Positions 30,370-40,959 of a stretch of DNA of 53,114 bases are shown in pieces (within the stretch, counting starts at the first letter, position 1; the number at the start of each line of letters is the position of its first letter). The position numbers and the translations under genes are program-made. Source of the DNA: a candidate division WOR-3 bacterium (GTDB taxonomy: Bacteria; Hydrothermota; Tepidihabitantia; SM23-42; JAOAFX01); assembly GCA_037444665.1 (NCBI GenBank), contig JBBILZ010000009.1, positions 1 to 53,114 on the forward strand, in the 5' to 3' direction. The notes beneath the pieces are model-generated. The model searched no databases and was not told the origin of the DNA. It saw only the letters and a program-made list of their open reading frames with translations.

Positions 30370-30771
30370 GTAGTTGCTTGATTCATCAAGCACTAAAAAA
30401 AACCCAATGCTCCGTCCCGATGGGACGAGAGCCCCTTCGGGAAATTGGGCAACTACATTGATTTAATACCCTTTTTAGAATACTTTACAATTCCTTATCT
30501 ATTATAATTAACAGAAAAAAAAAGTCAATGTGCTTGCGAACTGAGTTCTCTCTACTTTTACTTTTGTTTATATTTTAAAAATTTTTGTAGTCGCCTCATT
30601 TATGAGGCGTTTTTTGTAGATTAGAAAATTTAATCTATGCCCGATAAATCGGGCAACTACAATTGGGGATTTGTTTAAAAATTCATTTTCCTTTTTATAT
30701 TGTAGTTGTCTCATTTATGAGGCATTCTATTTTGGCAAAAGCCACACGATAAGTCAGAAAAGTGGAGAGGA
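30370..30771. repeat. Five GTAG-type REP-like palindromes (30370 +, 30403 - interrupted, 30587 +, 30639 -, 30702 +) plus GATAAGTCAGAAAAGTGGAGAGG motif
   Basis: Same family as 236-426. Confidence 0.85.
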
Positions 30772-30843
30772 ATTGAGATTGCGAAAGATTTTATCTTTTA
30801 ATTTTTCTCTTGACACCCCTATTTTTTTTAATATAATCATTTT

Positions 30844-32847
30844 ATGAAACTGGTGGATGAGAAAGAACGATTAGAATTACTAAAGCGGATAGACCGGATA
30901 CTCGGTTCTTCATTCAATTTAAGCAAGGTTATTCGTATGATTTACAAAGAAATAAGTAAGGTAATGGACACGAGCAATTTTTATATTGCAACATACAATT
31001 CTAAAGATAAAATAATTAAATTTGAAATTTATACAATTGACGGCAAAGAAATACCTCAATTCTCACGCAAACTTTCCAGCGGTCTGACCGAATATGTGAT
31101 AAAAACAAAGAAGCCATTACTCATTAATAAAGCCCTCAAGAAACAATGTCAGCGTCTGGGTATAACACCGCATGGAAAAGATGCCTATAGCTGGCTCGGT
31201 GTTCCAATGATATATAAAGATAATGTTGAAGGAGTAATGACTGTGCAGGACTATCAGAAAGAGGATGCCTATACCTGGGAGGATGAACTATTTCTTGAAA
31301 ATATTGCATCAAAAGCAGCGGTTGTTATTGCTAATACAAGGCTCGTTGAGGATGAAATGCGTCGGGCAAAGGAATTGGCAATGTTGAATAAAGTTGTTCA
31401 TAGATTAACCAGAAGTCTGAATATACAGGAAATCTGCGATAGTGTTTCAAGTTCTATTTTAGAATATTTTAAGAATTTTAACATTGCGATATTCTTAAAA
31501 GAAGGCGATGACCTCGTATTGAAAAAATTATCACGGGGATTTAGAGACGAAGTCCCTCGTGATTTACGGATGAAGTTCGGCCAGGGCATAGTAGGAACTT
31601 CAGCACAGATGGGAAAAACGATTGTGGTTGATGATACGACCAAAGATAATCATTACATCGCCTTTGGTCAGACCTCAACCAGGTCTGAAGTTGCTATACC
31701 CCTTAAAATTAAGCAGAAACTTGTTGGTGTACTTGATGTGCAATGTAATGCAACGAATGCCTTTGATGAAGGCACGGTCAGGATTCTTGAGCTCATTGGC
31801 GACCGTTTGAGCGTTGCCTTTCACAATGCGATGTTGTATGAAGATGCCCTTGCCCACAGTCGTGAATTATCAGTTTCTTTTACTATTGCTCAGTCATTGA
31901 TTTCTACGCTTGACCTTGATGATGTGCTCAATCGTATTCTTGAGGTTATTCGTAAAAATTTTGGTTATGAAAATTGTGCAATTCTGCTTGTAGATAAGAA
32001 AACCAATGAACTATATATTCGGGCATCGCGTGGGTATCCTGAATACATATCAAAAAAAATGCGTCTGGATATCAATAAAAAACAGGGTGTTACAAGTTAT
32101 GTTGCCGCAACCGGTAGACCATATTATGCCCCGGATGTAAGAAAGGTACCATTCTATGTTCTTGGAAAAAGAACTGTCAGGTCTGAGGCTGCAGTGCCAA
32201 TGATTTTGCGGGATGAAGTCATTGGTGTTCTGGATATAGAGAGTGAAAAACTGAATGCCTTTTCTGAACGTGATTTAAGGATGTTCACAGTATTTGCATC
32301 CCAGGCTGCGATTGCCATTGAAAATGCCCGATTGTATAACGAGACTAAGGCGCTATCTTTGACTGACTCTCTGACCAATATCGCCAATCGGAGACATTTT
32401 GATTTAATCCTGGAAAATGAATTAAAGCGGGGCAGGGGATATTCCCGTTCAGTAAGTCTCGCAATGATTGACCTTGACCATTTTAAACAGTTCAATGATA
32501 AATATGGCCATCCAGCAGGAGATAAGTTATTGGTTGCAGTGGCTGAGAAAATAAAAAGAACCGTGCGTGATACAGACCTTGTAGCACGGTATGGAGGAGA
32601 GGAGTTCGTCATAATTTTTCCAGAAACACCAGGCGGTTCTGCATATAAGGTATGTGAGAGGGTGCGTACGGCAATTGAAAACAATCAGATTTACCTGGAC
32701 AAATATGGGAAAGTTGGTGCAACTATTTCAATCGGTGTTGCTACCTATCCCCAGTCAGCCCAATCAGCCCAGGAATTGATTCAGAAGGCAGACCTCGCAT
32801 TGTATCGGGCAAAAAAGCTGGGCAGAAACCGCGTAGAAGCGATATAG
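30844..32847 (+). CDS. Diguanylate cyclase with three GAF domains
   Basis: Three GAF repeats; DLDHFK; RDTD I-site five residues before GGEEF. Confidence 0.93.
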   Translation: MKLVDEKERLELLKRIDRILGSSFNLSKVIRMIYKEISKVMDTSNFYIATYNSKDKIIKFEIYTIDGKEIPQFSRKLSSGLTEYVIKTKKPLLINKALKKQCQRLGITPHGKDAYSWLGVPMIYKDNVEGVMTVQDYQKEDAYTWEDELFLENIASKAAVVIANTRLVEDEMRRAKELAMLNKVVHRLTRSLNIQEICDSVSSSILEYFKNFNIAIFLKEGDDLVLKKLSRGFRDEVPRDLRMKFGQGIVGTSAQMGKTIVVDDTTKDNHYIAFGQTSTRSEVAIPLKIKQKLVGVLDVQCNATNAFDEGTVRILELIGDRLSVAFHNAMLYEDALAHSRELSVSFTIAQSLISTLDLDDVLNRILEVIRKNFGYENCAILLVDKKTNELYIRASRGYPEYISKKMRLDINKKQGVTSYVAATGRPYYAPDVRKVPFYVLGKRTVRSEAAVPMILRDEVIGVLDIESEKLNAFSERDLRMFTVFASQAAIAIENARLYNETKALSLTDSLTNIANRRHFDLILENELKRGRGYSRSVSLAMIDLDHFKQFNDKYGHPAGDKLLVAVAEKIKRTVRDTDLVARYGGEEFVIIFPETPGGSAYKVCERVRTAIENNQIYLDKYGKVGATISIGVATYPQSAQSAQELIQKADLALYRAKKLGRNRVEAI

Positions 32848-32861
32848 AAAGATAGAAGGTA

Positions 32862-32946
32862 GCTCCGCCTTGGAAAGGCGAGAGTTTTCTGCTTTGTGTG
32901 AATTCTCGTTTAAGTCTCTTAAACGGAACTCGTCCGTAGGACGGAA
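32862..32946. repeat. Cluster of three triloop mini-hairpins
   Basis: CGCCTT-GGA-AAGGCG, CGTTTAAG-TCT-CTTAAACG, CGTCC-GTA-GGACG. Confidence 0.65.
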
Positions 32947-33135
32947 TAAGGAGTAAGTAATATAAATCATATAACCGCTGCAAAAATCAAAGATATTGTT
33001 TCTTCTTTAGAAAATTATCCATTTGTTAATAGTATAATATTTATCAGTGCCTGGGTCTTTTTAAGAATCTTTTTTGAAGGTGTTCTGGGGGGATTCCAGG
33101 CAATCGGTTATTCAAAATTTTCATTCCAGACAATA

Positions 33136-34515
33136 TTGATGTATTTTGTGCATTTCCCTTTATTCTATTTGACCACATACCTGTTGATTACAATCCTCAT
33201 CTCCATTTTTATCCATCACGATATAGTCAAAGTCACAAAAATTACGGCTCCTGGTCTGGGCTTAATAGTCCTTGTGCCGATTATTGATGCGATTATTTGT
33301 GGAGGTTGTTTTATTACTTATCCATCAAGGTTAGAAAAATTTTATTTGTTTTTTTTGAATCCGTTTACATCATTAATTGACATTGGTGTTTCAATTGGGC
33401 AGAGGATTGTCATTATTTGTATCTGTTTGTTGACATTTGTTTACTGCTACATAAAGACCAAAAAAATTATAAAATCCATTGCACTCTTTATTGTGGTGCT
33501 ATTGTTAATTTTGTTAATGGGCAGTATTACTACATTGCTTGCAGGCAATCAACCTGAAAAAATATTTGTATCCGGTGGAATATTTTATACTGATACCCAG
33601 AAATTTTCAGCAATCTACAGTGTGCTTTTTATTATTGCGTTATTGCTCTATTTGTATCTTGCAGACCGAAAAAATTTTAATCTATTTGTTGTCTCGCTTC
33701 GCATTGAAAGAATGGCATTCTATGGATTTCTCGGCATTGCCGGGTTTATTCTGGCGCAGCAGCAATCAAAAATAATTCATAAACTTGATTTTTTTAATCT
33801 TCTTGCAATACTTTTTATTTTTTTAAGTCCATCAATTGGATTTTGTGTCTTGCAGATTTTAAATGACTTCTTTGATATTCGGGCAGATGCAATTTCAAAA
33901 CCAAGGAATCCACTGGTTCAGGGCATCAGGAAAAAATACTACATTTTTCTTGGTCTGGTATTTGCAATTCTTTGCCTTGTGCTGTCATCAATTCTCAATT
34001 ATTATGGATTTTTGATTATGTTTTCTTTTCTGTTACTTGGAGTGATATATTCAGTGCCGCCAGTGCGTGTAAAAAGATTCCCCCTGCTCTCTACTTTTAT
34101 ACTCGCAATTGCAGTTGTGCTCTCAATTGGGTTAGGTTTTAGCGTTATCTATTATGAAAAAGCTCTGCATCAAATCCCACACTCTCTCATCTATGCCATA
34201 CTGTGCGGAGTGACCCTCGGGTTTACTGCCAAAGATATTAATGATACAGTTGCTGATAAAAACAACGGCACCTTTACACTTCCTGTTCTGTTATACAAAA
34301 GTGATACAATGATAGGTAGATTACCCATCGGTTTAATAATCGGTTCAGGCTATATTTTTTTTGGAATCTTTATTCCTGAAATTCTCTTAGGCAGCATTTT
34401 CGTTGCATTTCTTACTTTTTTTTATACACTATTAAATAAAAAACCTGAAGAATGGTTCTATTTTTTAATCCTCTATCTTTTCGCCTGTTATATTTTGGTT
34501 TCTCTGATTATCTAA
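33136..34515 (+). CDS. UbiA prenyltransferase-family protein with an extra N-terminal membrane region (frame open back to 32950)
   Basis: NDFFDIRAD..KPRNPL, YSVPPVRVK, KDINDTVADKNNG. Confidence 0.82.
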   Translation: MMYFVHFPLFYLTTYLLITILISIFIHHDIVKVTKITAPGLGLIVLVPIIDAIICGGCFITYPSRLEKFYLFFLNPFTSLIDIGVSIGQRIVIICICLLTFVYCYIKTKKIIKSIALFIVVLLLILLMGSITTLLAGNQPEKIFVSGGIFYTDTQKFSAIYSVLFIIALLLYLYLADRKNFNLFVVSLRIERMAFYGFLGIAGFILAQQQSKIIHKLDFFNLLAILFIFLSPSIGFCVLQILNDFFDIRADAISKPRNPLVQGIRKKYYIFLGLVFAILCLVLSSILNYYGFLIMFSFLLLGVIYSVPPVRVKRFPLLSTFILAIAVVLSIGLGFSVIYYEKALHQIPHSLIYAILCGVTLGFTAKDINDTVADKNNGTFTLPVLLYKSDTMIGRLPIGLIIGSGYIFFGIFIPEILLGSIFVAFLTFFYTLLNKKPEEWFYFLILYLFACYILVSLII

Positions 34516-34602
34516 TATTATAAATTTTCCCATCTACTTACTAATATCTTTTTTTCTTGACTTTTAAAAATTTTTTGTTAAAATTATTTACTGGAGGATG
34601 CT

Positions 34603-36405
34603 ATGAAGAAGTTTTTCTCTCTTTTTATTGCAATCTTAATCTGCTATTCGCTTGTCTATGCCCTTACTTATATTGAGTCTTCTCAGGGTCTGGAAAATCC
34701 TGGAATGGAAGGAGGCAGGACCGAGCTTGAGATGGTGGATATCAATAACGACGGAAATATTGACATCCTTTCAATTGGTGACCATGGCTCGCCCTATGTA
34801 AATACCCAGGAACACGGTGTAATGGTCTGGTTTGGAAATGGTCAGGGTCTTTGGAATCTTTATCAATATGGAGACTTTGGCTATGGCGGTATTGCAATTG
34901 GTGATGTCAATAATGATGGGTTACTGGATATTGGGTATGGTATGCACCACAACTACTCAAATAATGACCTGGGTGACTCAATTATTGAAGTGGCACTGGG
35001 TAATGGCACTGGCCAGACCTGGACAGCCTGGGATGATGGTATTTCCATTGGTGACCCGAATCCCTGGGGAATGTTCTGCACAGATTTTGCTGATATAGAT
35101 AATGATGGTGACCTTGACCTTGGCGGTAATGCGTTTGGCGCAGATGATGGAATACATCTTTTTATAAATCATAGTGATGGCACCTGGCACCAGTGCTTTG
35201 GTTTTATCGGCGGCAATTCAACAATGGACTTTTTATTCGGAGATGTAAATAATGATGGTTATGTTGATTTCTGCGCGGGACATCAATACGGAAGTATCTA
35301 TCTTGGCAATGGTGCTGGTGGTTTTACCCAGGCTGATGGAAATCTTCCACCTGGTGGTTCATCAGGCAGGCGTGGACCTTCACTCGGTGATGTAGATAAT
35401 GATGGCGACCTTGATCTTGCCTTTTGTAATTCAAATGGTGGTATAGAGGTCTGGGTATGGCAGGGAAATAATAATTGGGCTTCGTTCTCTACCGGACTTC
35501 CGACCACTGGTCCTTATGAAATAACCCAGCTCTGTGATATGAATATTGATGGATTTATGGATGTCTGTGCCTATGGTGATACTACAGTTACGGTCTGGCT
35601 TGGAAATGGTGCTGGGGTCTGGACACATAATACAACCTTTTATACACCGGGTCCGGGTGGTATGAGTGCATTCAGGGTTAGTGCAGATGCTGACCATAAT
35701 GGCTATCCAGATATTGCCCTGGTAAATGATGAAGGAGATTCCTGGAATTCAGCAAACAGACCAAGATTCTATAAGGAATCTTCAGTGCCGGAAAGTCTTT
35801 TTATCTTCCCGGTCTTTCCCAGAGGCAGGCAGAAGTTCTATCGTGGTTCAGTCCAATTCATCAAATGGACCTGTGGTGTGCCTTCAGGAAATGCAACAAT
35901 AAAACTTGAGTTATCTACAACTGGTGCAGGCGGTCCCTGGACAACAATCGCCAGTAATTTAAAAAATAATTGCCGTTATCAATGGCACATTCCATCTGGA
36001 ATTCAGGGTTCAGAAAACTGCTACATCAGATTTACTGCGACTACAGCAACTGATACTGCAATTGCGATTACACCAGAGCCATTTACTATTCTGCCGATTG
36101 TGGGAATTAAACAGGCAGTGAATGAACCGATAAAAAATTCAAGTTTAATTGTTTATCCAAATCCTTCAGGCAGAGTGGTCTATATCAAAGTTTGTACAAA
36201 ACAGGGTAGCGCATTTATAAGAATTTATGATACCAATGGTAAATTGATAAGGAATCTGTTTAAGGTAAATGGTTCAGGTGAATTCAATATTTACTGGGAT
36301 AGAAAAAACAACTTTAACGAGATTGTCCCGGCAGGCGTATACTTTATAAGATTGGAAGATTCTGAAGGAGTGCACGAAAGAAAAATCGTGATAATGTCCT
36401 ATTGA
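34603..36405 (+). CDS. Secreted FG-GAP/VCBS-repeat protein with C-terminal FlgD-Ig/T9SS-like domain
   Basis: Repeated DxNNDGxxD motifs; VYPNP...IYDTNGKLIR...WD...AGVYF. Confidence 0.88.
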   Translation: MKKFFSLFIAILICYSLVYALTYIESSQGLENPGMEGGRTELEMVDINNDGNIDILSIGDHGSPYVNTQEHGVMVWFGNGQGLWNLYQYGDFGYGGIAIGDVNNDGLLDIGYGMHHNYSNNDLGDSIIEVALGNGTGQTWTAWDDGISIGDPNPWGMFCTDFADIDNDGDLDLGGNAFGADDGIHLFINHSDGTWHQCFGFIGGNSTMDFLFGDVNNDGYVDFCAGHQYGSIYLGNGAGGFTQADGNLPPGGSSGRRGPSLGDVDNDGDLDLAFCNSNGGIEVWVWQGNNNWASFSTGLPTTGPYEITQLCDMNIDGFMDVCAYGDTTVTVWLGNGAGVWTHNTTFYTPGPGGMSAFRVSADADHNGYPDIALVNDEGDSWNSANRPRFYKESSVPESLFIFPVFPRGRQKFYRGSVQFIKWTCGVPSGNATIKLELSTTGAGGPWTTIASNLKNNCRYQWHIPSGIQGSENCYIRFTATTATDTAIAITPEPFTILPIVGIKQAVNEPIKNSSLIVYPNPSGRVVYIKVCTKQGSAFIRIYDTNGKLIRNLFKVNGSGEFNIYWDRKNNFNEIVPAGVYFIRLEDSEGVHERKIVIMSY

Positions 36406-38699
36406 TACCTTAAAATTATCTCTTCAAGTTCGTCCTGATTTTGAATCAGGACCTTTCTTGATTTGCTTCCCTGAAATGGTTCTACAATGCCGGCAGACTC
36501 TAACTGGTCAATGATTCTACCGGCACGGGCATATCCAAGGTTCAACCTCCTCTGCAACAGAGAAACGCTTGCCACCTGATGTCTGAATACAAGCCTTGCC
36601 GCCTCAGGAAACATCGGGTCAACTTCGCCTTCGCCAATCTCTGGAGTTGCGGATTCTCCAACAATTACTTCGCCCAATTTTGGATAATATTTATTTTCAA
36701 TAATTTCATTAATTTTCTCTTCAGGTATAATATTCATCAGTGATTTTTTCTTTTCTTCAAATGCCGGGTCGTCCTGGTCAATAAATACAGTCCATAATTC
36801 TTCATCAAGGATCGTTGTCACAACCTCGTTCAGGTCTTCTTCCAGGTCTTTTAACAAATCAAAAAGATATTGTTGTGTAATCAATCTGCTGATATTACAA
36901 ACTTCATCAGTTGACACATATGCACCGTGCAATCTAATTGGTGTTCCTTTGCCTGGTGGTAAGAATAACATATCGCCCCTTCCTAATAGAGACTCTGCAC
37001 CATTCATATCCAGGATTGTCCTTGAATCTGTCTTTGAAGCAACCTGGAATGCGATTCTACAGGGAAAGTTTGCCTTTATCAATCCAGTTATAACATCCAC
37101 TGATGGTCTCTGTGTTGCTAAAATTAAGTGGATACCCACAGCACGAGACATCTGGGCAAGTCGGGTAATATTTTCTTCAATCTCACTTGGCGCAGTCAAC
37201 ATCAAATCAGCGAGTTCATCCACAATAACCACAATATACGGTTTTATATCTCCATTCTTCTTGCGCATCTTTTCATTATAGCCATCAATATCACGCACAT
37301 TTTCACGGGCAAAATCGCGGTACCTTGATTCCATTACCGCTACAAGCGCCTCAAGTTCTTCAACGGCATCCTTTGGTTCGGTTATGGTCTTTCTAAGTTG
37401 ATGGGGGATAGGGTTATACATTGGAAGCTCAAGCCGTTTTGGGTCAATCATTAAAAACCGAACATCACGGTATGTAGTATGGTACAAAAGGCTGGCAATG
37501 ATTGTGTTGATGCAGACACTCTTTCCCGAGCCAGTAGTTCCAGCAATTAACATATGGGGCATTGTAGAAATATCGTCGCTCACTGGTTTTCCAGTGATAT
37601 CTTCACCAAGCACAATGGCAAGGGGAGAGGGATTATTATCAAGGTCCGGGTCAAGGAGGCAGGATTTTAAATAGACAAGGCTACGCTCGCGATTGGGCAC
37701 TTCAATGCCTACTGCTGATTTTCCAGGAATGGGTGCAACAATCCTTACCCTTGTTGCCTTTAATGCCAGGGCAAGGTCATTATCAAGATTGGCAATCCTG
37801 CTTACCTTTACTCCAGGTGCAGGTTCAAATTCAAATCTTGTAATTACCGGTCCTGATTCATAATTTACAACCTTTCCCTGGACATCAAATTCAGCTAAGC
37901 GCTGCTCAAGTATTTTCTGTTCTTTTTCCAGTATCTCTGTATCAACACCCACCTTTTTTGCGGGTTCAGTAAGAATCTTTAAGAATTCACTTTTAAAATC
38001 AATCTTTGGTATTTCTTTCTTTTTTCTGGTTGTCTTTTTTATCTTCACCGCACCTGTTTCATCTATTTCCTCCTCTAATTCTTCTTCTGATATTTCTGGT
38101 TCAAGTGGTTCTGGTGTTTCAATTTTGGGTTCTGGTTTGGTTTCAGTTTTCTTTGGCAATATAAATTTTTTCATTGTCATAAAGGCGATAATAAGAATAC
38201 TGAAAATAATAATGATATATGTGCCCAGGTCACCAAAATAATTTTTGAGAAAATTTTTAATAATTTCACCAATAAGTCCGCCACTATTTATGTTTTGTAA
38301 AGGGCTCCATTTTAAAAATAGTGAGAGGACGATATCAAAAATGACACCAATAGGAATTAAATATAAAAGATGATAACCATCTTTTCTCTCCTGCTCAAAT
38401 AGATAAAGATAGCCAAAGTATAAAAGTAGTGCAGGCACTACAAAAAAATACAATCCGATTATGGAGAATAGCCATAAAGATGTATAATGGCCAAAAAGTC
38501 CGCCAAAATTTTTATACCGCTCATTGGGAAAGAGCAAAAATGAAATCTGAGAGATAAGAAAAAGAATACAGAGGAGTAAAGAGATAATGCCGGTAAGTTT
38601 GCGCCTTTTTTTCTCATCAAGAAAACGGGCAATATAAACTAAAACTGCACAGGAAAGTGTCAGTATAATGACTGCAATAATCAACGCCAGAATCGGCAT
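36399..38699 (-). CDS. ftsK: DNA translocase FtsK/SpoIIIE
   Basis: N-terminal TMs; PHMLIAGTTGSGKS; IVDELADLM; ATQRPSVDV; gamma domain LQRRLNLGYARAGRII. Confidence 0.96.
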   Translation of the reverse strand: MPILALIIAVIILTLSCAVLVYIARFLDEKKRRKLTGIISLLLCILFLISQISFLLFPNERYKNFGGLFGHYTSLWLFSIIGLYFFVVPALLLYFGYLYLFEQERKDGYHLLYLIPIGVIFDIVLSLFLKWSPLQNINSGGLIGEIIKNFLKNYFGDLGTYIIIIFSILIIAFMTMKKFILPKKTETKPEPKIETPEPLEPEISEEELEEEIDETGAVKIKKTTRKKKEIPKIDFKSEFLKILTEPAKKVGVDTEILEKEQKILEQRLAEFDVQGKVVNYESGPVITRFEFEPAPGVKVSRIANLDNDLALALKATRVRIVAPIPGKSAVGIEVPNRERSLVYLKSCLLDPDLDNNPSPLAIVLGEDITGKPVSDDISTMPHMLIAGTTGSGKSVCINTIIASLLYHTTYRDVRFLMIDPKRLELPMYNPIPHQLRKTITEPKDAVEELEALVAVMESRYRDFARENVRDIDGYNEKMRKKNGDIKPYIVVIVDELADLMLTAPSEIEENITRLAQMSRAVGIHLILATQRPSVDVITGLIKANFPCRIAFQVASKTDSRTILDMNGAESLLGRGDMLFLPPGKGTPIRLHGAYVSTDEVCNISRLITQQYLFDLLKDLEEDLNEVVTTILDEELWTVFIDQDDPAFEEKKKSLMNIIPEEKINEIIENKYYPKLGEVIVGESATPEIGEGEVDPMFPEAARLVFRHQVASVSLLQRRLNLGYARAGRIIDQLESAGIVEPFQGSKSRKVLIQNQDELEEIILRYQ

Positions 38700-38783
38700 A
38701 TTCAATTTTACCTAAAATTATGCCATTGTCAAGAATGTTTAATTTTCCCCGATGCCCCGTCCCACCGTTCCCCCGTTCCTCGA

Positions 38784-38821
38784 GCAGTATCAAGTATCGA
38801 GTATCGAGTATCCAGTATCAA
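38784..38821. repeat. Heptamer tandem tract (C[AGC]AGTAT)n
   Basis: GCAGTAT CAAGTAT CGAGTAT CGAGTAT CCAGTAT. Confidence 0.8.
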
Positions 38822-38861
38822 ATCCCCCTTGCAATTTTTAATAATCTGGATATTATAAGAT

Positions 38862-39872
38862 ATGGGCACGCTCCTTTTTCTTGATTTGCAGAAAAAACAC
38901 AAAGAAAATTATCTAAAACTACTTGAAAAACTTATTGAGCGGTCAGGAGCGTTGAATATCCTTAATAAAAATCAGACAGTTGCACTCAAGGTACATTTTG
39001 GTGAAGACGGCAATCTCAATTTTGTTAGTCCATTATATGTGCGTGTCGTTGCTGAACTTGTTAGAAAATCTCGCGCCCGTCCATTCCTTGTGGATACTAC
39101 AACCCTTTATTCTGGCAGAAGATTTAAAGGCGATACCCATCTTGAACTGGCAAAAGAACATGGTTTTGACTTTGCGCCGGTCATAATTGGTGATGGGCTT
39201 TATGGTGATGAATACATAGATATTAATGGTTCAAAGATTGCAATGGTTTTTAAGAATATTGATACAATTATCTGTATCAGCCATTTTAAGGGACATTTAT
39301 TAACTGGTTTTGGTGCAGCACTAAAAAATTTAGGTATGGGTTGTGCATCAAAGGGTGGAAAACTGTTTCTCCATTCCCGTTCCCATCCTTTTGTGGACAG
39401 AGATAAATGCAATTTTTGTTTAAAGTGCTACAATTATTGTGCTTATAATGCAATAGAAAAGGACCAGAAATATGTCCAGATAGACCAGAATAAATGCACT
39501 GGTTGTGCTGGTTGTATGTCAATATGCCCGGAGCGGGCAATAAAATTTTCCTGGAGCGCTGCTTCTGATGAAGTTCAAAAGGGAATTGCACAGTATACTG
39601 CTAATTTGATAAAAGGCAAAAAATTGTTCTGCCTGAACTTCTTAACCAATATTACGCCGGACTGCGATTGCCTTTATACTGCTGAGCCGGTGATCTGCCC
39701 GGATATTGGTATTCTTGCAGGTTCTGACCCGGTAGCAATTGACCAGGCATCATATGACCTTGCGCGGACGCACATAGATAAGTTACGACCGGACATTGAT
39801 TCCAGTATTCAATTATATTATGGTGAGAAGTTTAATGCAGGGGAGAGGAAATATGAAATCAAAAACATTTGA
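38862..39872 (+). CDS. DUF362-family protein with a 2x[4Fe-4S] ferredoxin domain
   Basis: KVHFGE, SHFKGH, KNLGMGC, two CxxCxxCxxxC motifs, PDCDC, DPVAIDQAS. Confidence 0.88.
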   Translation: MGTLLFLDLQKKHKENYLKLLEKLIERSGALNILNKNQTVALKVHFGEDGNLNFVSPLYVRVVAELVRKSRARPFLVDTTTLYSGRRFKGDTHLELAKEHGFDFAPVIIGDGLYGDEYIDINGSKIAMVFKNIDTIICISHFKGHLLTGFGAALKNLGMGCASKGGKLFLHSRSHPFVDRDKCNFCLKCYNYCAYNAIEKDQKYVQIDQNKCTGCAGCMSICPERAIKFSWSAASDEVQKGIAQYTANLIKGKKLFCLNFLTNITPDCDCLYTAEPVICPDIGILAGSDPVAIDQASYDLARTHIDKLRPDIDSSIQLYYGEKFNAGERKYEIKNI

Positions 39873-40959
39873 GTTAAAAAAGAAAATAAAAAATCTTGAA
39901 ACCCTTATTGATACTTTTCTTGCTTTCTCTTCAGTCCTTGATATTGATACACTTTTAAATCTCATCTTACAAAAGGCTGAAGAGTTAATGGATGCGGAAG
40001 CATCAAGTGTATTCCGTATTGATGAAGAGAAAAATGAACTCTATTTTATGACTGCCCGCGGTGAGAAGGGAAAAGAAGTAAAAGAAATAAGGATTCCTAT
40101 GGGTAAAGGCATTGTTGGCTGGGTTGCCCAGCACAAAAAACCTTTGCTCGTTCCTGATGTAACAGAAGACCCACGCTGGTTCAAGGGCGTAGATAAAAAG
40201 ACAAAATTTATTACCCGCTCTATTATTGCTGTTCCATTATTTGTTAAAGGAAAGATTATCGGTGTTGCTGAGGTATTGAACAAGCGCGGAAATAAAAAAT
40301 TTAATCAGGAAGACCTGGAGATGTATTCTGCCCTGGCAAATCAGATCGCTATTGCCATTGAAAATGCCTCACTCTATAAAGAACTTGATGAACTCTTTCT
40401 TTCATCAATAAGGGCAATTGTTGAGGCGATAGATGCCAAAGACCCATACACAAAAGGACATTCAGCTCGCGTTGTAGAGTATGCTCTACTTATTGGTGAG
40501 GGAATGAAACTTGATAAAGAGATTTTAAAGGATCTTGAATTATCAGCCGTGCTCCATGATGTAGGCAAAATCGGTATTCCGGATAAGATTCTTTCCAAGC
40601 CCGGTCTTCTGACTGAAGAAGAGTATGCATATATGAAAAAACATCCTGAACTGGGTGCAGAAATTGTAGAGCCAATAAAAAAACTCAAAAAACTCGTTCC
40701 CAATATTCTCCATCACCATGAAAAGTATGATGGAACAGGTTATCCAGCCGGACTCAAAGGCGATGAAATCCCGCTGGGTGCGAGAATTATCGCAATTGCT
40801 GATTCATTTGATGCGATGACCTCGGACCGTCCGTATCGTCCCAGGATGGAGACAAAGATTGCCCTGCAGGAGATAAAAAATCATCGCCGAACCCAATTTG
40901 ACCCGGAACTTGTCAGTGTCTTTATAAAGAATATTGAAACCAATTTGAATGAAGAATAG
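39853..40959 (+). CDS. GAF + HD-GYP phosphodiesterase
   Basis: DAKDPYTKGHS, HDVGKIG, HHEKYDGTGYP, DRPYR. Confidence 0.93.
   Translation: MKSKTFELKKKIKNLETLIDTFLAFSSVLDIDTLLNLILQKAEELMDAEASSVFRIDEEKNELYFMTARGEKGKEVKEIRIPMGKGIVGWVAQHKKPLLVPDVTEDPRWFKGVDKKTKFITRSIIAVPLFVKGKIIGVAEVLNKRGNKKFNQEDLEMYSALANQIAIAIENASLYKELDELFLSSIRAIVEAIDAKDPYTKGHSARVVEYALLIGEGMKLDKEILKDLELSAVLHDVGKIGIPDKILSKPGLLTEEEYAYMKKHPELGAEIVEPIKKLKKLVPNILHHHEKYDGTGYPAGLKGDEIPLGARIIAIADSFDAMTSDRPYRPRMETKIALQEIKNHRRTQFDPELVSVFIKNIETNLNEE

Noticed and set aside
28657..32684. Long antisense ORFs (28657-29067, 29464-30093, 32154-32684)
   Set aside because: Shadow frames of well-supported plus-strand genes, with no recognisable motifs
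11329..34515. Archaeal-type ether-lipid pathway (GGR plus UbiA)
   Set aside because: The genes are over 20 kb apart, both families are broad, and no GGGP synthase is in the window
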